Positions 34,433 through 48,254 of a stretch of DNA of 64,000 nt are shown here, in pieces. A model generated the notes under the pieces. The model had not been told where the DNA came from. It ran no database searches and worked only from the letters and a program-made list of their open reading frames with translations. The number at the start of each line of letters is the position of its first letter. Within the stretch, counting starts at the first letter, position 1. This stretch comes from Eledone cirrhosa (Eukaryota), in assembly GCA_964016885.1 (NCBI GenBank), contig OZ024745.1:86924001-86988000 (forward strand), read 5' to 3'. The translations under genes and the position numbers were made by a program.

Positions 34433-37400
34433 ATGACCTCACTCAGAATAGGTAGCATAAATGCGCGTGGCTTGGGGTCGTCATGGAAGCAGGGCCACCT
34501 GCTTAACGACCTCAGGTCACTAAACATAGATGTAGTGGGCATCAGCGAGACCAGAATCTCCGAAGCACGGGCCTTCGCACCGATCTTCGGCGGCTACGGG
34601 ATCGGGGGGAGGAGTTGCTGTGCTTTTTCGGAGAGGTTTGGATCTTGCCATACGGGCCATCTTCCTGGACCCAGAAGGTAAGTTGGTGGTGCTGGACGTG
34701 ACCAGCGGAGACGGGCAAGCTTTCAGGCTAGTGGCCGTCTATGCCCCGACAGGAGCAGGGCGGCCTGATTTCTTCCGGCGTCTGGAGACCTTTCTTGGAA
34801 CGTCCCGCTCTTTAGTGTTAGTGGGCGACTGGAACGGGATCTTAGATGCACGCTGGGACTGTGTGGGATTAGCGGATAGGGGTGGAGGGTGCAAGAGCCT
34901 CACCAACCTGCTCAGGCGTTTTGAACTGTCTGACAGGTACCGATTGGATTTCCCGAATGTGCCAATGTGGACTTGGACAAATCGCATAGGGTCATCCAGA
35001 TCATATCTAGATAGAGTATTTTGTAAAGAAATAGATAGGTCTAGCATAGGCTGTCCACAATTCAAGATAGTCAGCTACACGGACCTCAAATTCGTGATCT
35101 GTGTACTTGATTTAGATAGGCTTCATAGACGAGGACCCGGCTACTGGAAGCTAAACGCGTCCTTACCAGCGCGCAAGGCCTACAGAGACCGCATTAGCGA
35201 ACTAGTTAAGCGGGCGTTGACGGGGGCCATCGTCAACAACAAGTGGTGGTTTGCTCTGAAAAGAGCAATTAGAATAGAGTCCATTAGGTTTAGTAAGGCT
35301 TTAGCAATAGAGAAAAATAGAGCAGAGGGAGAATTAGTTAGAAAATTAGACAAGGCGCTTAGCAAAGGCATCGCGACCGACGTGCTTGCGGCGAAATTGG
35401 CCCTTGACAAATTCTTCAATGCAAAGCACAAAGGCTGCGTTGTCAGAGCTAGGGTGCGTGCTCTCAGACACGAGGGGACGAAAGCCGTTCAATCTGCCCG
35501 AGTTGCGGGGGCGCATCGTGGCAACAAAGCCAAGATCCGGTCTTTGGTGGACCACGACGGGCGCATGCTACTCGATCCCGGGAAAATGTGTGAAGCTTTT
35601 CAGCGACACTTCGCTCAGTTGTTCGGGGGCAGCAGCGGGCCGGATCGAGGGATGGACTTTAGTGTCTACCTCGACGGACTGCCGCGGCTCTCGGCCACTA
35701 AGGCGGAGTGTTACGAAAAGCTGATAACAGCCTCTGAAGTACGGGAGGCAATGACTAGCTGCACAAGGGGTAAATCGCTTGGTTTGGATGATCTGCCCTA
35801 TGAACTTTACGTACAGATGCCAGACTTGTTCGGAGGCCTCTTGGCGGACGTCTACTGCAACTGGCAACAGAACGGGAGAATTCCCAGCTCTGTGAGCCGA
35901 GGAGCGGTGGCGCTGCTGAGAAAGGATCCGAACAATGGGGATAACATAGATAATTTTAGGCCCATAACTATTCTAAACACAGAGTTCAAGATTTTGGCCA
36001 AGGTGCTAGCAAAGAGGTTGGCGCTTGTCGTTGGTGGTCTGGTGGGAGAGGCGCAGACATGCGCCATTCCCGACAGATCCATCCACGACAACCTCCACCA
36101 CATGCGATACATCGTAGAGAGGGTAGCTATGGAACCTGGCACGGGTGGGTCTTTGATCAATTTAGATCAGTCGAAAGCCTTCTATAGGGTCGACCATCGT
36201 TACCTAGCGGCAGTCCTGAGGGCGGCTGGCTTTGGTCCCGTCTTCAGAGGCTGGATCGCTGCCATGCACAGCGACATCTGCTCTGTAGTGAGAGTGAACG
36301 GTCACCTTTCGGAACCGTTCAACATCATGCACTCGGTCCGCCAAGGATGTCAGCTCTCGTCCCTATTGTACGTATTGACTCTCGAGCCATTACTGGAAAA
36401 ACTGGAGACGTTGAGGGGGTCCCGCGAGAACTAGGATGCGGAAGATCCGTGTCAGCATATGCGGACGATGTCACCGTAGTGGTGTCGAACGCCAAACACA
36501 TCGAGGCGATCGGCACTACACTAGGAGAATACGAAGCGGTGAAAGGAGCAATCATCAACCAGGAAAAGTCAGTGGGCCTGCAGCTCGGCACCTGGAGAGG
36601 CAGGTCCATGCCGTCCAACAGCGTCGTCGGGCGCTGGACGGACGGACCGGTTAAATTGCTAGGGGTCTGGTTCGGTCCAGACCTCCAGACGGACAAAAAC
36701 TGGGACGAGGTGACGAGCAGGGTGGCTTCTCTCACCCAGAAATGGGCCGAGAGGAAGCTATCCCTGAAAGGTTGAGCGGAGGTGGCTAACGCGCACATCG
36801 CGTCCGTCATCTACTAACGCCTGACCGTCTTACCTTGTCCTAAGCCCCGCCTGACTCCACTGGAGCGTTTGCTCTTTCGCTTTTTGTGGAAGGGACGCGC
36901 TCCGATGGTCAGGCGGTCCATCTGCTGTCAACACCCGCTACGTGGAGGGCTGGGAATGCCGTGGCTAATGATGCGCAGACACTCGCTCAGGCTACGACAT
37001 CTCCACCTCTTCCTCGACGGTGATCAGGTGTGGTCGCCGTTTGCTAGACACGTCTTTCCCCAGCTCGTCTCCTTGGCGGAGCTGCAGTCCTGGGTCAAGC
37101 GAAGGCCGAGAGGGAGCGCTTGGAGACTGGAATGTCTTCAGGCGCTCACAGCCCTCGACCAATCGGGCAATGTGATCGGTGGAAACTCCACCTTGGCGTT
37201 CTATAGAGGATTAGTGGAGGGGAAGAGCGACGACGTACTTGGAGAAACTCTAGGCGTCGACGAAAATCAACTAGCCAATCTCTTCGGAAGGACTTTCGGG
37301 CCGGGGCCTATGGACAACTTTCAGAAATCCCTGGCCTGGCAGTGCTACCGGGGAGCTTTGCCAGTTCGGGATAAACTCTACAGGCATGGAGGTGCCGTCA

Positions 37401-37825
37401 GCCGGGCATGTCCGAGATGCGCACAGGGCGACGAAACCGTCCTGCACGTACTCGTCCAGTGTCCGAGCATTGCTGACTTGTGGGTTTATGTCGAACACCT
37501 GCTGTCACGTGTAGGACGGATCCAGCTATCAGCTGAGTCCATCGTGAGGATTGCCCCGCCCTCTTCCTTTTGCCGGGAAGGGCAGGCACTTTTTATCTGT
37601 CTGGTGGCCATGGCGAAAGAGATAGTATGGTGGACACGTTTGAAAGGGCTGAAGACGAGCACTTACCTCTTCGGTGATGCCCTGATTAACTTTTTCAAAT
37701 TTCATTTGAAAAGGAAAATCAGGGTAGAGAGGGAAGTGCTCTCTTCCCAGCATTTTGTTGAAAGATGGGTGAAAGAAGCAAGTATGGCCCGAATGAATGG
37801 GCCTTCTCTGAGTATGTGTCTGTAA
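34433..37825 (+). pseudogene. Tx1 ORF2 (APE + RT), disrupted
   Basis: NARGL, GDWN, SYLDR, NFRPITILN, YADD, CPRC...H..C. Confidence 0.92.
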
Positions 37826-38081
37826 ATTAAAGGTGGAAAACTGGGAGAGGGCACTTGCCCTGGTGGTCAGGGTCACTGTGGTCTTTTAATGGGCTTTCTC
37901 CACAAATGTCCCTCCGAAGTCTCCCCCTATTGGGGAATTTTTCATTGTTATTTTTTGTTACATCCTCTGTTTTTGTTTTTACACGCAGAAATGCCCATTT
38001 GTACCGTCCTGTATTGTCCTGCACTGTCCTTAATGTCTACTTTATGTAAACCCTTGTGGTTAATAAAGAAATCATTATTAT

Positions 38082-38716
38082 GTGCATTACTGACTTGTGG
38101 AGTTATGTCGAACAGCTACTGTCGCGTGTGGAACGAATCCAGTTATCGGCCGAGTCCATAGTGAAGATCGAGCCGCCACCTTCCTTAGGTCAGGAAGAGC
38201 AGGACATTTTCCTCTGTCTGGTGGCAGTTGCGAAAGAGATTATATGGTGGACCAGGTTGAAAGGACTAAAGACAGACACTTTTCTCTTCGGCCAATCCCT
38301 CATCAACTTCTTCAAGTTTCACCTGGAAAGGAGGGTGAGGGTGGAGAGAGAAGTGCTGCCCCCCAGTACATTTGCTAAAAGGTGGGTGAATGTGGCAAGA
38401 ATGGCTCGTGTGAATGGGCCTACTCTGACCATGCGCCTATAGGCTGGCTAACTTGAGGAGAGGGGTGCTCTCCTGGGTGCCCTAGAAGCGCAGGCTGGTT
38501 CAGGATTGGTGGGGTACCCGAATCACCCCAGGGTCGTCCACCCCCTATCGGGGAATTTATTTTGTTATATTTTGCATAGTTTATTTTATATTTTATATTT
38601 TCATTGTTAAATTAGTCTTGCCATTGTGCACTTTTACTCGACCTTATTGTAAACCCCCACTGTCCCTGTCTTTGTATTGTCCCCTACATGTCGGCCCTTG
38701 TGGCTAATAAATGAAA

Positions 38717-38718
<2 letters not shown>
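38082..38718 (+). mobile_element. Tx1 3' fragment, another subfamily, in (ATT)n
   Basis: ITDLWSYVEQLLSRV...WWTRLKGL...RWVNVARM; distinct 3' UTR ending AATAAATGAAATC. Confidence 0.9.
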
Positions 38719-38783
<65 letters not shown>

Positions 38784-38825
38784 ACTCAGTCACCGGTTTA
38801 TCATCTATATTTCCTACCCAACCTC

Positions 38826-38887
<62 letters not shown>

Positions 38888-39015
38888 TAGAGAGAGAGAA
38901 AGAGAGAGAAAGAGAGAGAACGAGAGAGATATTGTTACATACCCACACGCACACACACATATATATATGTTTTTTGTTTGTGTACGTATATGTAGACTTA
39001 TGAATAAATATACAA

Positions 39016-39081
<66 letters not shown>

Positions 39082-39778
39082 CATGCACATACACATATTC
39101 ACACATACACACACACACACCTATATATGGGGAGAGGGGAAGAAAGTGATATCGAAGGAAATAATCTTTATCTCTACATAAGTTACACGGACAGCCAATG
39201 GGAAACATATACGAATTATGTTGCCACACCTATACACATATATAGAAACATATTTGTGTAGGTGCGCATATGTGTGTGTATGAGTCTGAATTTATGTATA
39301 TGTGTGTAAACACACCGGTGTACCCACAACATATACCCTTACCGACACTAAGACAATACAAAATTACTCCCTCATTATCAAAATGTATCTATGTAACATC
39401 TTCCACTAAACATTCAATTTTGTGTTTCACTTAATTGATATGATTAGCACCTCCTTTTCATACTATATTCATGAACTGATAAAAAAATCCATATTTTTTA
39501 TAATTTTATTAGTTTTTCTTTTGTGAAGTCTAATTGCTGTTAAATATGTACTTGGAGCGAATTTTAACAAATATCAGGAAACAATAAAGTACAAGATTGA
39601 AGCTAACTACACAGCAGAAAATTATTTAGATTAGAACAAAACAACAGAAAATATTAAAATAAAAGCAACAAAAACTAGTTTGAAGTAGAATTCCAATATA
39701 TATTGGAAAAGAAAAGCGGCGAAAAAACATTCCATGGTCAATGACTCAACAAAGAGGAGATAAACCGTAACGAAATCT

Positions 39779-39968
39779 AATAATTGTTTCTACTTTTGGC
39801 ACAAGGCCAGCAATTAACCAGTACATTACTGGTACTTTTGTTTTATCGATCCCGTAAGGATGTAAGGCAAAGTTAACCTCGACGGGATTTGAACTCAGAA
39901 TGACAAGGGCCGTAACTCTATGCGTCAAAGCATGGCGTCCCACCCGCTACCGATACTTCCAATCTACT
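39779..39968 (-). mobile_element. tRNA-derived SINE
   Basis: Same family as 13766-13950. Confidence 0.88.
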
Positions 39969-40037
39969 AATGTTTCAAATGTAGTGGCCAAAATACAGAA
40001 CTAGATTTTACCTGCACATGACCAGTGTCTAAAAATA

Positions 40038-40293
40038 TACAGAGGCGCTGAAAAGTTCCTGGATTTGTGTAAAGAAAATACAGGAGGATCAGTTAACAGA
40101 AAATACAGGAGAATCAGTTAAAAGAAAATAGAGGAGGATCAGTTAAAAGAAGATACAGGAAGATCAGTTAATCATGATTTTATTCAACATATTCCCTTCT
40201 CAGATTCACTCACTTATTGCTGTGGTCCTACCTCCTCAGTAAAGGTAACATCTCTACCTTTTAAAGCCAGGAACGTTTCAGCACCCTCTCGTA
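40038..40293. mobile_element. Tc1/mariner-type MITE with an internal ~25-bp tandem repeat (4 copies)
   Basis: TIRs TACAGAGGCGCTGAAAAGTTCCTGG / CCAGGAACGTTTCAGCACCCTCTCGTA, TA at both ends; repeat AAAGAAAATACAGGAGGATCAGTTA. Confidence 0.8.
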
Positions 40294-40439
40294 TAAAAAA
40301 TAATAAAAAAGAGGCTAGCATCAAGTTTAGATAAGGCAACTAGTCCAATGAGACAATGTTGTTTCCTACTGCCTAGATGATGACAATTCCATAGGCACCA
40401 TTGAGACGACAACTTGCTCATTGAATGAAATGCCGTCTC

Positions 40440-40745
40440 TTTATGGTGAAACGGATAAGAACCAAACATAGCACCAGACATAAACCTGGCAACTATCATC
40501 TGGAACATTCCTACCCAAACGGATAAGGAGATCAAAGCAAACCATCCAGATATAATTTAACTAGAACTGGAACCAATATCACAGTAATTTCACCCCAGTA
40601 CAAAAACATCGCTCTGGAAAGAGTTTAAGAAATTATCAGAACGCAATAGGCAAGATACTGTTTTTTTTTTTTAAATAGAAACCGCATCAATAAAAATTTC
40701 TAAAATTTCTAAAATTTCTAAAATCTGTGTCTTACAAGAAACTCT
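40440..40745 (+). pseudogene. Highly decayed RLE-LINE (Dong-like) endonuclease remnant
   Basis: Translates in part to TIIWNIPTQTDKEIKANHPDII, matching ILWNFSIQTDRKIDANRPDII. Confidence 0.7.
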
Positions 40746-40790
40746 GACCTGTTCGAACTTTGTTTTCCGTTCATAAAATGCGTCATTATT

Positions 40791-41190
40791 TGGATTGGCA
40801 GTATCGGTAGAGGGTCAGACACCATGCTTTCCAGCATAGTTACGTCCCTTTACGATCTGAGTTCAAATCCCGCCGAGGTTGACTTTGCCTTTCATCCTTA
40901 CGGGGTCGATAAAATAAAGTACCAGTAATGCACTGGGTAATTGCAGGCCTTGTGCCAATAGTAGAAACAATTATTATTCATGGATTGGCAATATTCGGTA
41001 GAGCGTCATACACCATGCTTTGCAGCATAGAGTTATGGCCTTTTACGTTCTGAGTTCAAATCCCACCGTGGTTGCCTTTGATCCTTGCGTGGTCGATAAA
41101 ATAAAGCACCAGTAACGTACTGGAGTCGATTTAATCGATTTTTCCCTCCCCTCAAATACTGGCCTTGTGCCTATACTAGAAATCATTATT
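40791..41190 (+). mobile_element. Two tandem tRNA-derived SINEs
   Basis: Heads GGATTGGCAGTATCGG at 40792 and GGATTGGCAATATTCGG at 40982. Confidence 0.88.
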
Positions 41191-41194
41191 AAGG

Positions 41195-41640
41195 TCAGCT
41201 GACTGGGCACTGCCCACAGCAGGACAACCCGTCTAATCCATGCTAGCGTGGAAGAATGGACGTAAAACAGTGATCATGATGATGATATATATCATCATCA
41301 TCATCATCATCATTTCATTTTACGTCCGCTTTTTCCCTGCTTGCAAGGGTGGGACGGGAACTGATTCTGGCTTGATTTCTACAGCTGGATCCCCTTCCTA
41401 ACACCAACCTCATTTACAGTGAGTGCTGGGTGCTTTTTTGCTGTGGCACCTCCACAACCACTTTGCAGTGGAATGATATGGACCAGAGTCCCTATCATCT
41501 CATTTCTACAGTTGAGTAAACTGGAGCAATGTGAAATAAAGTGTTTTGCTCAAGAAAACAACACATCACCCGGTCTGAGAATTGAACTCACAACCTTTTG
41601 ATTGCAAGGCCAATGCTCTAACCACTAAGCCATCTGCCTG
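41195..41640. mobile_element. Tail-to-tail SINE/RTE 3' ends with (GAT)n tails, plus the head of a second SINE family on -
   Basis: CCATGCTAGCGTGGAAGAATGGACGTAAAA(GAT)n faces its reverse complement; 41490-41640 matches 48385-48515. Confidence 0.65.
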
Positions 41641-42261
41641 CATATATATATATAATTCCGTTGAGAATTTTTTACTGCTATTTTTTATAATTTCCCATAG
41701 TAATATTGTGATTAAGAATCAGTATTTATTAATGACAAAAATGTTTTGTAAGTCTCAAGAATGATAAGAAGTTAATGTCCCGAATCTGTCTATAATACAG
41801 ATTTTATACAAAATCTGTATAGAACACGGATATTCTGAAGGTCTTTACATTGTGGAGAATTTTGAGCAGTTTCTATTGTAATCATTCATACTATCTAATA
41901 ACACACACAAGCCAGACTTTATCTTAATATCAGTCAGTACATAGAGACACTTGTAGCCAATTCAAAGTTGTTAGCTTAACACTTGAATTTGTTTACAATC
42001 CTTACATAATTGAATATGATGGTCTTCTTTTTTTTCTTTTTAGTGTTGTTACTTATACTTTTTCTAACTTTTTTGTAATATACAAATGATTGTATTATCC
42101 ATAAGAGAAAGATGACTAGATTTATAGAACAAAATAAAAAATGTAGTCTATGAGTTTCTTTATGAAAAGTATCTCGTGATGTAGGTTTATCTGCATTCCA
42201 TAGTCATATATATTCATTTTTTGTTGTTTTTTTTGTTGATATAGCTATAAATTGGTCAAAC

Positions 42262-42378
42262 ATAATCCCACCGAGGTTAACTTTGCCTGTCATACTTACG
42301 GGGACGATAAAATGAAGCATCAGTAATATACTGGGGTAATTGATGGCCTTGTGCCAAAAGTAGAAACAATTATTATTC
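42262..42378 (+). mobile_element. SINE 3' part
   Basis: Core and tail match the main family. Confidence 0.8.
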
Positions 42379-42765
42379 ATGGTGTAACTTCCAGAAAAGA
42401 AAGGTTAAGGATGAGAATAATTATGAGGGAGAATATTGGATCACTAAGTATTATAAAGAACATGAACAATAACATAAACCCTATGAAAAATCTCACAATT
42501 AAGCCGAGTCAAAACAATGACAATGATAAACATAGAAAGTTCGTATACAAGACACTTCTAATTTATTAGCACAATCCACACAGTACACTCCCGGCTCAGT
42601 TCACACAACACATAATATTCACCCAATAATACACAGAATACATATTCAGCATCATCACCACAAGATAATATAACAAACACATATTCTTACGTAATCGACA
42701 CCGGATAGTTTAACACGATTAACTCACACAACACGTATTCTATATAATTCCTCTCCAATATCTAT

Positions 42766-43099
42766 CTAGGGAGGGTAAAATTCCCGAGATCCATGGACGA
42801 GTTGTCTCCAGCGGTCTCTGTCCTGCGTCTCCAAGAGACCGGTGTCTGTCCTTAGGGCGTCAACATCGTTCTCCCTATTCTAGTGTGACCATGTAGGAGC
42901 ACTGAGTGCAGTGTCAACTCTGGATGTCGGTGAGCATGTCCAGATAACCTCAGTCTCCTCTGTGCTACTTTCGAGCTGACTCTTTTGGGGAGGCTACCAT
43001 ACAGCTCTGAGTTCTTCATCCTCAGTGTATACTGATTAATGTTCAGAGCCATCCTCAGCATTCTCGTGTAGCACCCATCCACCATCTGAGTGAGTTTCT
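42766..43099 (-). mobile_element. RTE/RTEX-like 3' fragment, sister of 9551-9922
   Basis: Direct nucleotide similarity. Confidence 0.8.
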
Positions 43100-43530
43100 C
43101 TTTAATATATGATAGCTTATACAAGTCAAGTTACTTATACGCTACACAATCACTGGCCGACACTTCATCGCATTCTCTACAAAAACAGTATACAATTAAA
43201 TAACAAAATCTCATGCTCCACATACACTATTCAACAAAATGACGAAACACTAAATTAACACCGGAATCAAACAAACAAATCACACGAACAAAGCCTGACA
43301 CAACACCAAACTTACACAAATATATGATCTATCAATTTTCATGCTATTAAGTAACATGTCTGCAGACACAAATCAACTCACATATCTGAGATGTCGAAAA
43401 AGAGTTGGGTCCCGCCGTCATCTTCATTGTACCCTAAGCTAATCGATATCGAAACAATTGTAATATGCCAATAAAGCTTGTACATATGCTGCAACACTGA
43501 TTTCGATTCTTCTTAATCCCCCCTCTCTCT

Positions 43531-43600
<70 letters not shown>

Positions 43601-43636
43601 TTATTTTCAAAGTCCAGCAGTTGCGAGTGGGAGGGA

Positions 43637-43680
43637 TTGTGCTGATGAGAACCAGTTTAGTACGAAATGCGCATCCATGA
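43637..43680 (+). ncRNA. Type I minimal hammerhead ribozyme in a ~200-bp solo pLTR-like segment
   Basis: uugug-CUGAUGA-gaac.caguuua.guac-GAAA-ugcgca-UC-cauga; segment 43596-43800 lies between two (TA)n tracts. Confidence 0.75.
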
Positions 43681-43794
43681 GTGTCCTCCTTGCTTGCCGT
43701 GGACACAGCCAGTCAACGTTAGTCGTTGGTATTTTAGCATAGCTACGGCTCTCTAAATGTTTATTTTAATCGTATTTCTCTAGAAATACGAAAT

Positions 43795-43860
<66 letters not shown>

Positions 43861-45979
43861 CCCTCCCAAAGTATAACAATATCGGTTTCAACACACGTTT
43901 TCAGATAAAGAATCTTGTTAAACATATTCAGAAACGATATATATATATAAGTAACAATTAACACTCTACCATCTACTTACACAACATATACACTATACAA
44001 TCATCAAGGAATAAAATAACAACACACACACATACGAAACACAATCATTTCCCAACAAATTAACATAACTTTCATAAAACAAATGTTCTACACTACAAGG
44101 ATATGAAATAACATCCGGATTACAAAAGAAACCCTATCACAAAGTAAGGCAAATAAAATATATAAACATCCTAACCCCACCTAAAACATTAATACTATCA
44201 ATGTCACGAACAGGGAAATGTACTTGGTTAAGGAGTAGAATCTCGCATGAAACAGTTTAAAACATGATATCAATTATATGGTTGTTACTATTGATACACT
44301 CTCTAGCCTATAGTCCGGCGAAAATATTTTGTTCTGCTGTATAAGTACCAGTCCAGTACTGAGGATAATTTTCCTGTATATCTCTTTCTCAATTCCTCTC
44401 TCTCTCACTTTCTATCCTTCTAAGGAAGAAATCTGCTGTATCCAAACATGGAGAAGGAAGGGCGCTTCAGGTTTTAAACTGCCTTAGAAAGGACATATTT
44501 CAGTACGGCGCCCAACGACTCATTCATGAGTTACAAGATCGAAGAAAGCAAAAAAAAGGAGATTACCTCCACAAGGTCTCAAGGAATGCCCTAAAAAAAA
44601 CGGTGTGTGTTAATACGGCGCCCCTAAGACTCCCTCGGTAGTTTTTGGTTCATTCCATACCGCAACTGCAGTTATTTTTATAATATTACTGTGCGATTAG
44701 AGAGGGATTAATAAATGATAAATGACAATTGTATAACAATAACTAATGGAAAATATCAAATATTCAGCAACACTATTTTGTAAATATTCCTCCACAGAAA
44801 GAAGAAACATTCGTTTTGAAAATACTTCTGATTATCCAACATAAAATAGGCGTCTCGGGAATTGTGGAAGACCAGCAGTCGCCCATTCATACCACTCTCC
44901 TCTCTCCACGCCACCAATGTTGTCCAAGGGAATGGCGATGGCCGATACAGCTTGGTACCAGTGACGTCGCAACTCATTTCTACATATGAGTTAGCTGTTT
45001 GATGTTTGTGTATTTGATGAGTTCGCAACTACCAAACAACCTTACAACCACGAAAATTTAATACTATTAGGACACGACTTCTCTCTACACATATTGTTGC
45101 TATAGCGTACAGCTTCTGAACGAGTTAGTGTACATATAATATTTCAGAGAAATAGTGATATCAAACAAGCTTTAAAAAATACAAATAAAAAATATATTTC
45201 TAATTATCAAAGATGCAAAATAATATTGAATGTATTCGATCGTAAATGCAAATTATGTTATCCAAACGGAGACGAAAACCAGGAATCATTCAAAACGTAA
45301 TATCTATATTGAAAATTTATCTAAAGAATATAATTAGATTTAGAATATTTTTACGGCGTAAACACACCAGTAATTTATCAATAATCAATTAAAATATTAT
45401 TCAGAAATTCAACTAATATATCGAATAATTTTATTAAACAGTCGATTAATGTAAATTCAGACAAGTAAACAGACATCATGTAATCATTAAGAATATTAAA
45501 CCATCAAATAACTCAATATAATTATTAAATTATCAGACTATCATGTGTAACGAATAACTTAAAAGAATATGAAATAGTCACCCCAGAAACAATCAATAAG
45601 GAAACTAACAAACAAATTATGTTGCAACAATTATTTGCTCACGAAACAAACATTATTTAACTAGAAATTATTTAACAGCTTCAAGCAATCTATAAACTGT
45701 CAAACATTTGTAAAAGTCTTGGACAAGCAGACGATCATGAAGCAATGAATGAAATAGTAATCAGCCCATTATAAAGTAGAACAAACAATTATTAGACTCT
45801 GCTTTTCTACAGAAACCAAACAATCAGACCATGATCAAACAATGTTGTTAACAGAAAACAAGCGAATATGTAGGAACTTTCACGCTATCAAACAATTGCC
45901 AAACAATCTATCGCTTGATTAAATATTCACACAATCAATTGATCAAACAAGCTAGTTACCTTATCAAACCATTTCATAG

Positions 45980-46430
45980 CCATTATGCTGCTTTTAACGA
46001 GGTCTTAAAGCATGGCTTGGATGCTGCAGGCTTCCTCTCCCAGCTCGAGCAGGAGGGGCTGGACCGAGGGCACGGCAAGAGGCCAGACGGCATGACTATC
46101 TTCCCGTTCCGCAGTGGCAATCCTCTAATCTGGGATGCCACATGTAGTGACACATTCTCTAGCGGAAACCTTGTGCAGTCTGTGACTAACGAAAGCTCTG
46201 CTGCACTTTGGGCCGAGGAGGGTAAACTCTCCAAATATCGGTCACTCTCCGAAATGTCTGTGGTCGATCCCGTAGCAGTGGAGACCTCTGGTGTACTTGG
46301 CTCTAGAGCCACCCCCTTCTCACCACCATCGGCACAGTGTTGGCTACACGCAGGTGTGAGCCTCGCGAGCTGGAATGACTCTTCCAGTACTTCTCCGTCA
46401 CCATCCTTCAGGGAAACGTCTTCTCTATTC
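45980..46430 (+). mobile_element. CRE-clade-like LINE RLE fragment
   Basis: GLDRGHGKRPDGMTIFPF...LIWDATCSDT...AEEGKLSKY...PVAVETSGVLG. Confidence 0.8.
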
Positions 46431-46464
46431 TGTTATTCCTTTCAAGCACCCCTAAACTAAATAT

Positions 46465-46600
46465 GGTTTCTGATTTAGGCACAAGACCAACACTTTTCTG
46501 GGAGGGGAAAGTCGATTAAATCGACCCCAGAGCGTTACTGGTACTTTATTTGAACCCAGTACGTAAACGGACGTAACTATATTCCGCAAAGCATGTTATG
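46465..46600 (-). mobile_element. Deleted SINE copy
   Basis: AGGCACAAGACC...GTCGATTAAATCGACCCCAG...TACTGGTACTTTATT. Confidence 0.75.
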
Positions 46601-48254
46601 CCCCAAAGCTAAATATAATATTTCATTTAAACCAATAGTTTCCGCCAACCCGCCACTACTCTATCTGTTTATACACAGAGGATGTTGAAATAGCTTAATA
46701 TAAGTACCATACACAGCCACTTATTCCCAAGTTCACAAGTATGTACTTAAACATATTCGCATGTAAGCGCATACATCTATTCACATACACACACATACAT
46801 GATATGTATATTCACCAAGGTAACACGTGTACACATAATCAGTACAGAAGAGTTAAATAAAAAGAAGAGAGAATGTTAATGATTGTGTTGCAAGTTGTTG
46901 TTTTGCCCCAAGTCAAACATGATCCAGCTGACATATCATTAAAAGTATTCTACAAAATACATTTCCTATATACAAACTCGCATTATCAAATGCGTTCTTT
47001 TTTTTAAGACAGTAGGGTATGATTGATAAAGATAAGGAAGATATGGTATGGATTAATGGATGTGCATCAGTACAAGATCGGCTCAGAAACTTGTGTGGGT
47101 GTACGCACAACAGTTTAAACGGAAAGACGAAAAAAAAAACGTAGAAGGAAAGAACGAAAAGAAAATTCTGAGAAGGAAAAATGTAAAAGCAAAGAAGAGA
47201 AGAAAATTATGAGAAGGAAAAGCATTTTTTAATATCGATAACAGAAATACTAACATTTGGGAGTGTAAATGGATCAATGTTGTAAGGTGACATTTCTGAG
47301 AGCTGTTCTAGAGTATATGTAGCTTGATGGTTTGAAATGATTTTAAACGCCTAGGCGCGATAGAAAGAATGTCGAGCGAGGTGCTATGTATTTTGTGTTC
47401 TGACTCTTTGTGTTCAGATTTCAAATCTCACTGTGGCCTAACTCGGGGTGGTAGACCTAATCCCTCCCTCGGTTTAACATTACTTGGCCCTTACATGCCT
47501 TTAGTGATGTCCACTCAGACCAAATTTTTAATTTGAGTATCCTGTCCTCCGCCACTCCTACCAGTCATTCACTCCCTGATCAAGCAGTAAAAAGATAATT
47601 TCTCTCAGCTGCTAATTTCTTTGAGAAAAACACGCACAGTCATATTATTTCATCTCCACCTTCGACAAGAAATTACCGAATAAAATCAATATTTAAGTAC
47701 ATCTGATAATATTTAAAATTCATAAACATAAAATATAAAAAGGTTTTACCCCCGAAATGAGGAAATGAGAAGGTCAATAGCTGTTGCTAAATAACACCAT
47801 TGATATAAATAACACAAACAGATTGATATTCGAATGTCAAGCATTCATACACCCTAAAATATTTCTAGGATTAATACTTCAACACCCGAACATCTTAAAG
47901 TATTCTAGAATTCTCCATCTCTTAATTTTAGATGCCCTATTATCTATTTTTCAAATGGTATTTAGAAGGAGGTGAATGCAAATATATTTTCTTTGTTGTT
48001 GTAGTTAGTTTTTTTTTATCTTTGGTTTGTTTTTAATTTCTTCGTTTCATATTTGCATCTTTTTTCTTTTTGCCAATCGATAGATTGAATTTATGACGAC
48101 TATGGGGTTTGTAGTTCGTATTTCCCCCTTTGTTACCCTGTGGCCTAACTCACCAAGATGTAAATAAATAAAATATGTAAACATAGATCACCGCTGTCTT
48201 AAGACCGAAAGCATTGTGTAATTTATAAATTAGTTAAAGTTAGTCTGTTCTAAG

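Larger units (their letters stand above)
32227..38073 (+). mobile_element. Full-length decayed Tx1-clade LINE in (ATT)n, in tandem with the previous one
   Basis: Same architecture; separated from its neighbour by only 30 bp of (ATT)n. Confidence 0.93.

Noticed and set aside
38677-39229. ORFs with YIYI, LSLS, ERER or poly-Ile/Leu runs (also 7520-7807, 11422-11754, 50110-50391, 60777-61564)
   Set aside because: Translations of microsatellites.
40071-40172. 25-bp repeats as a CRISPR array
   Set aside because: Head-to-tail with no spacers, inside a MITE, eukaryotic context, no cas genes.
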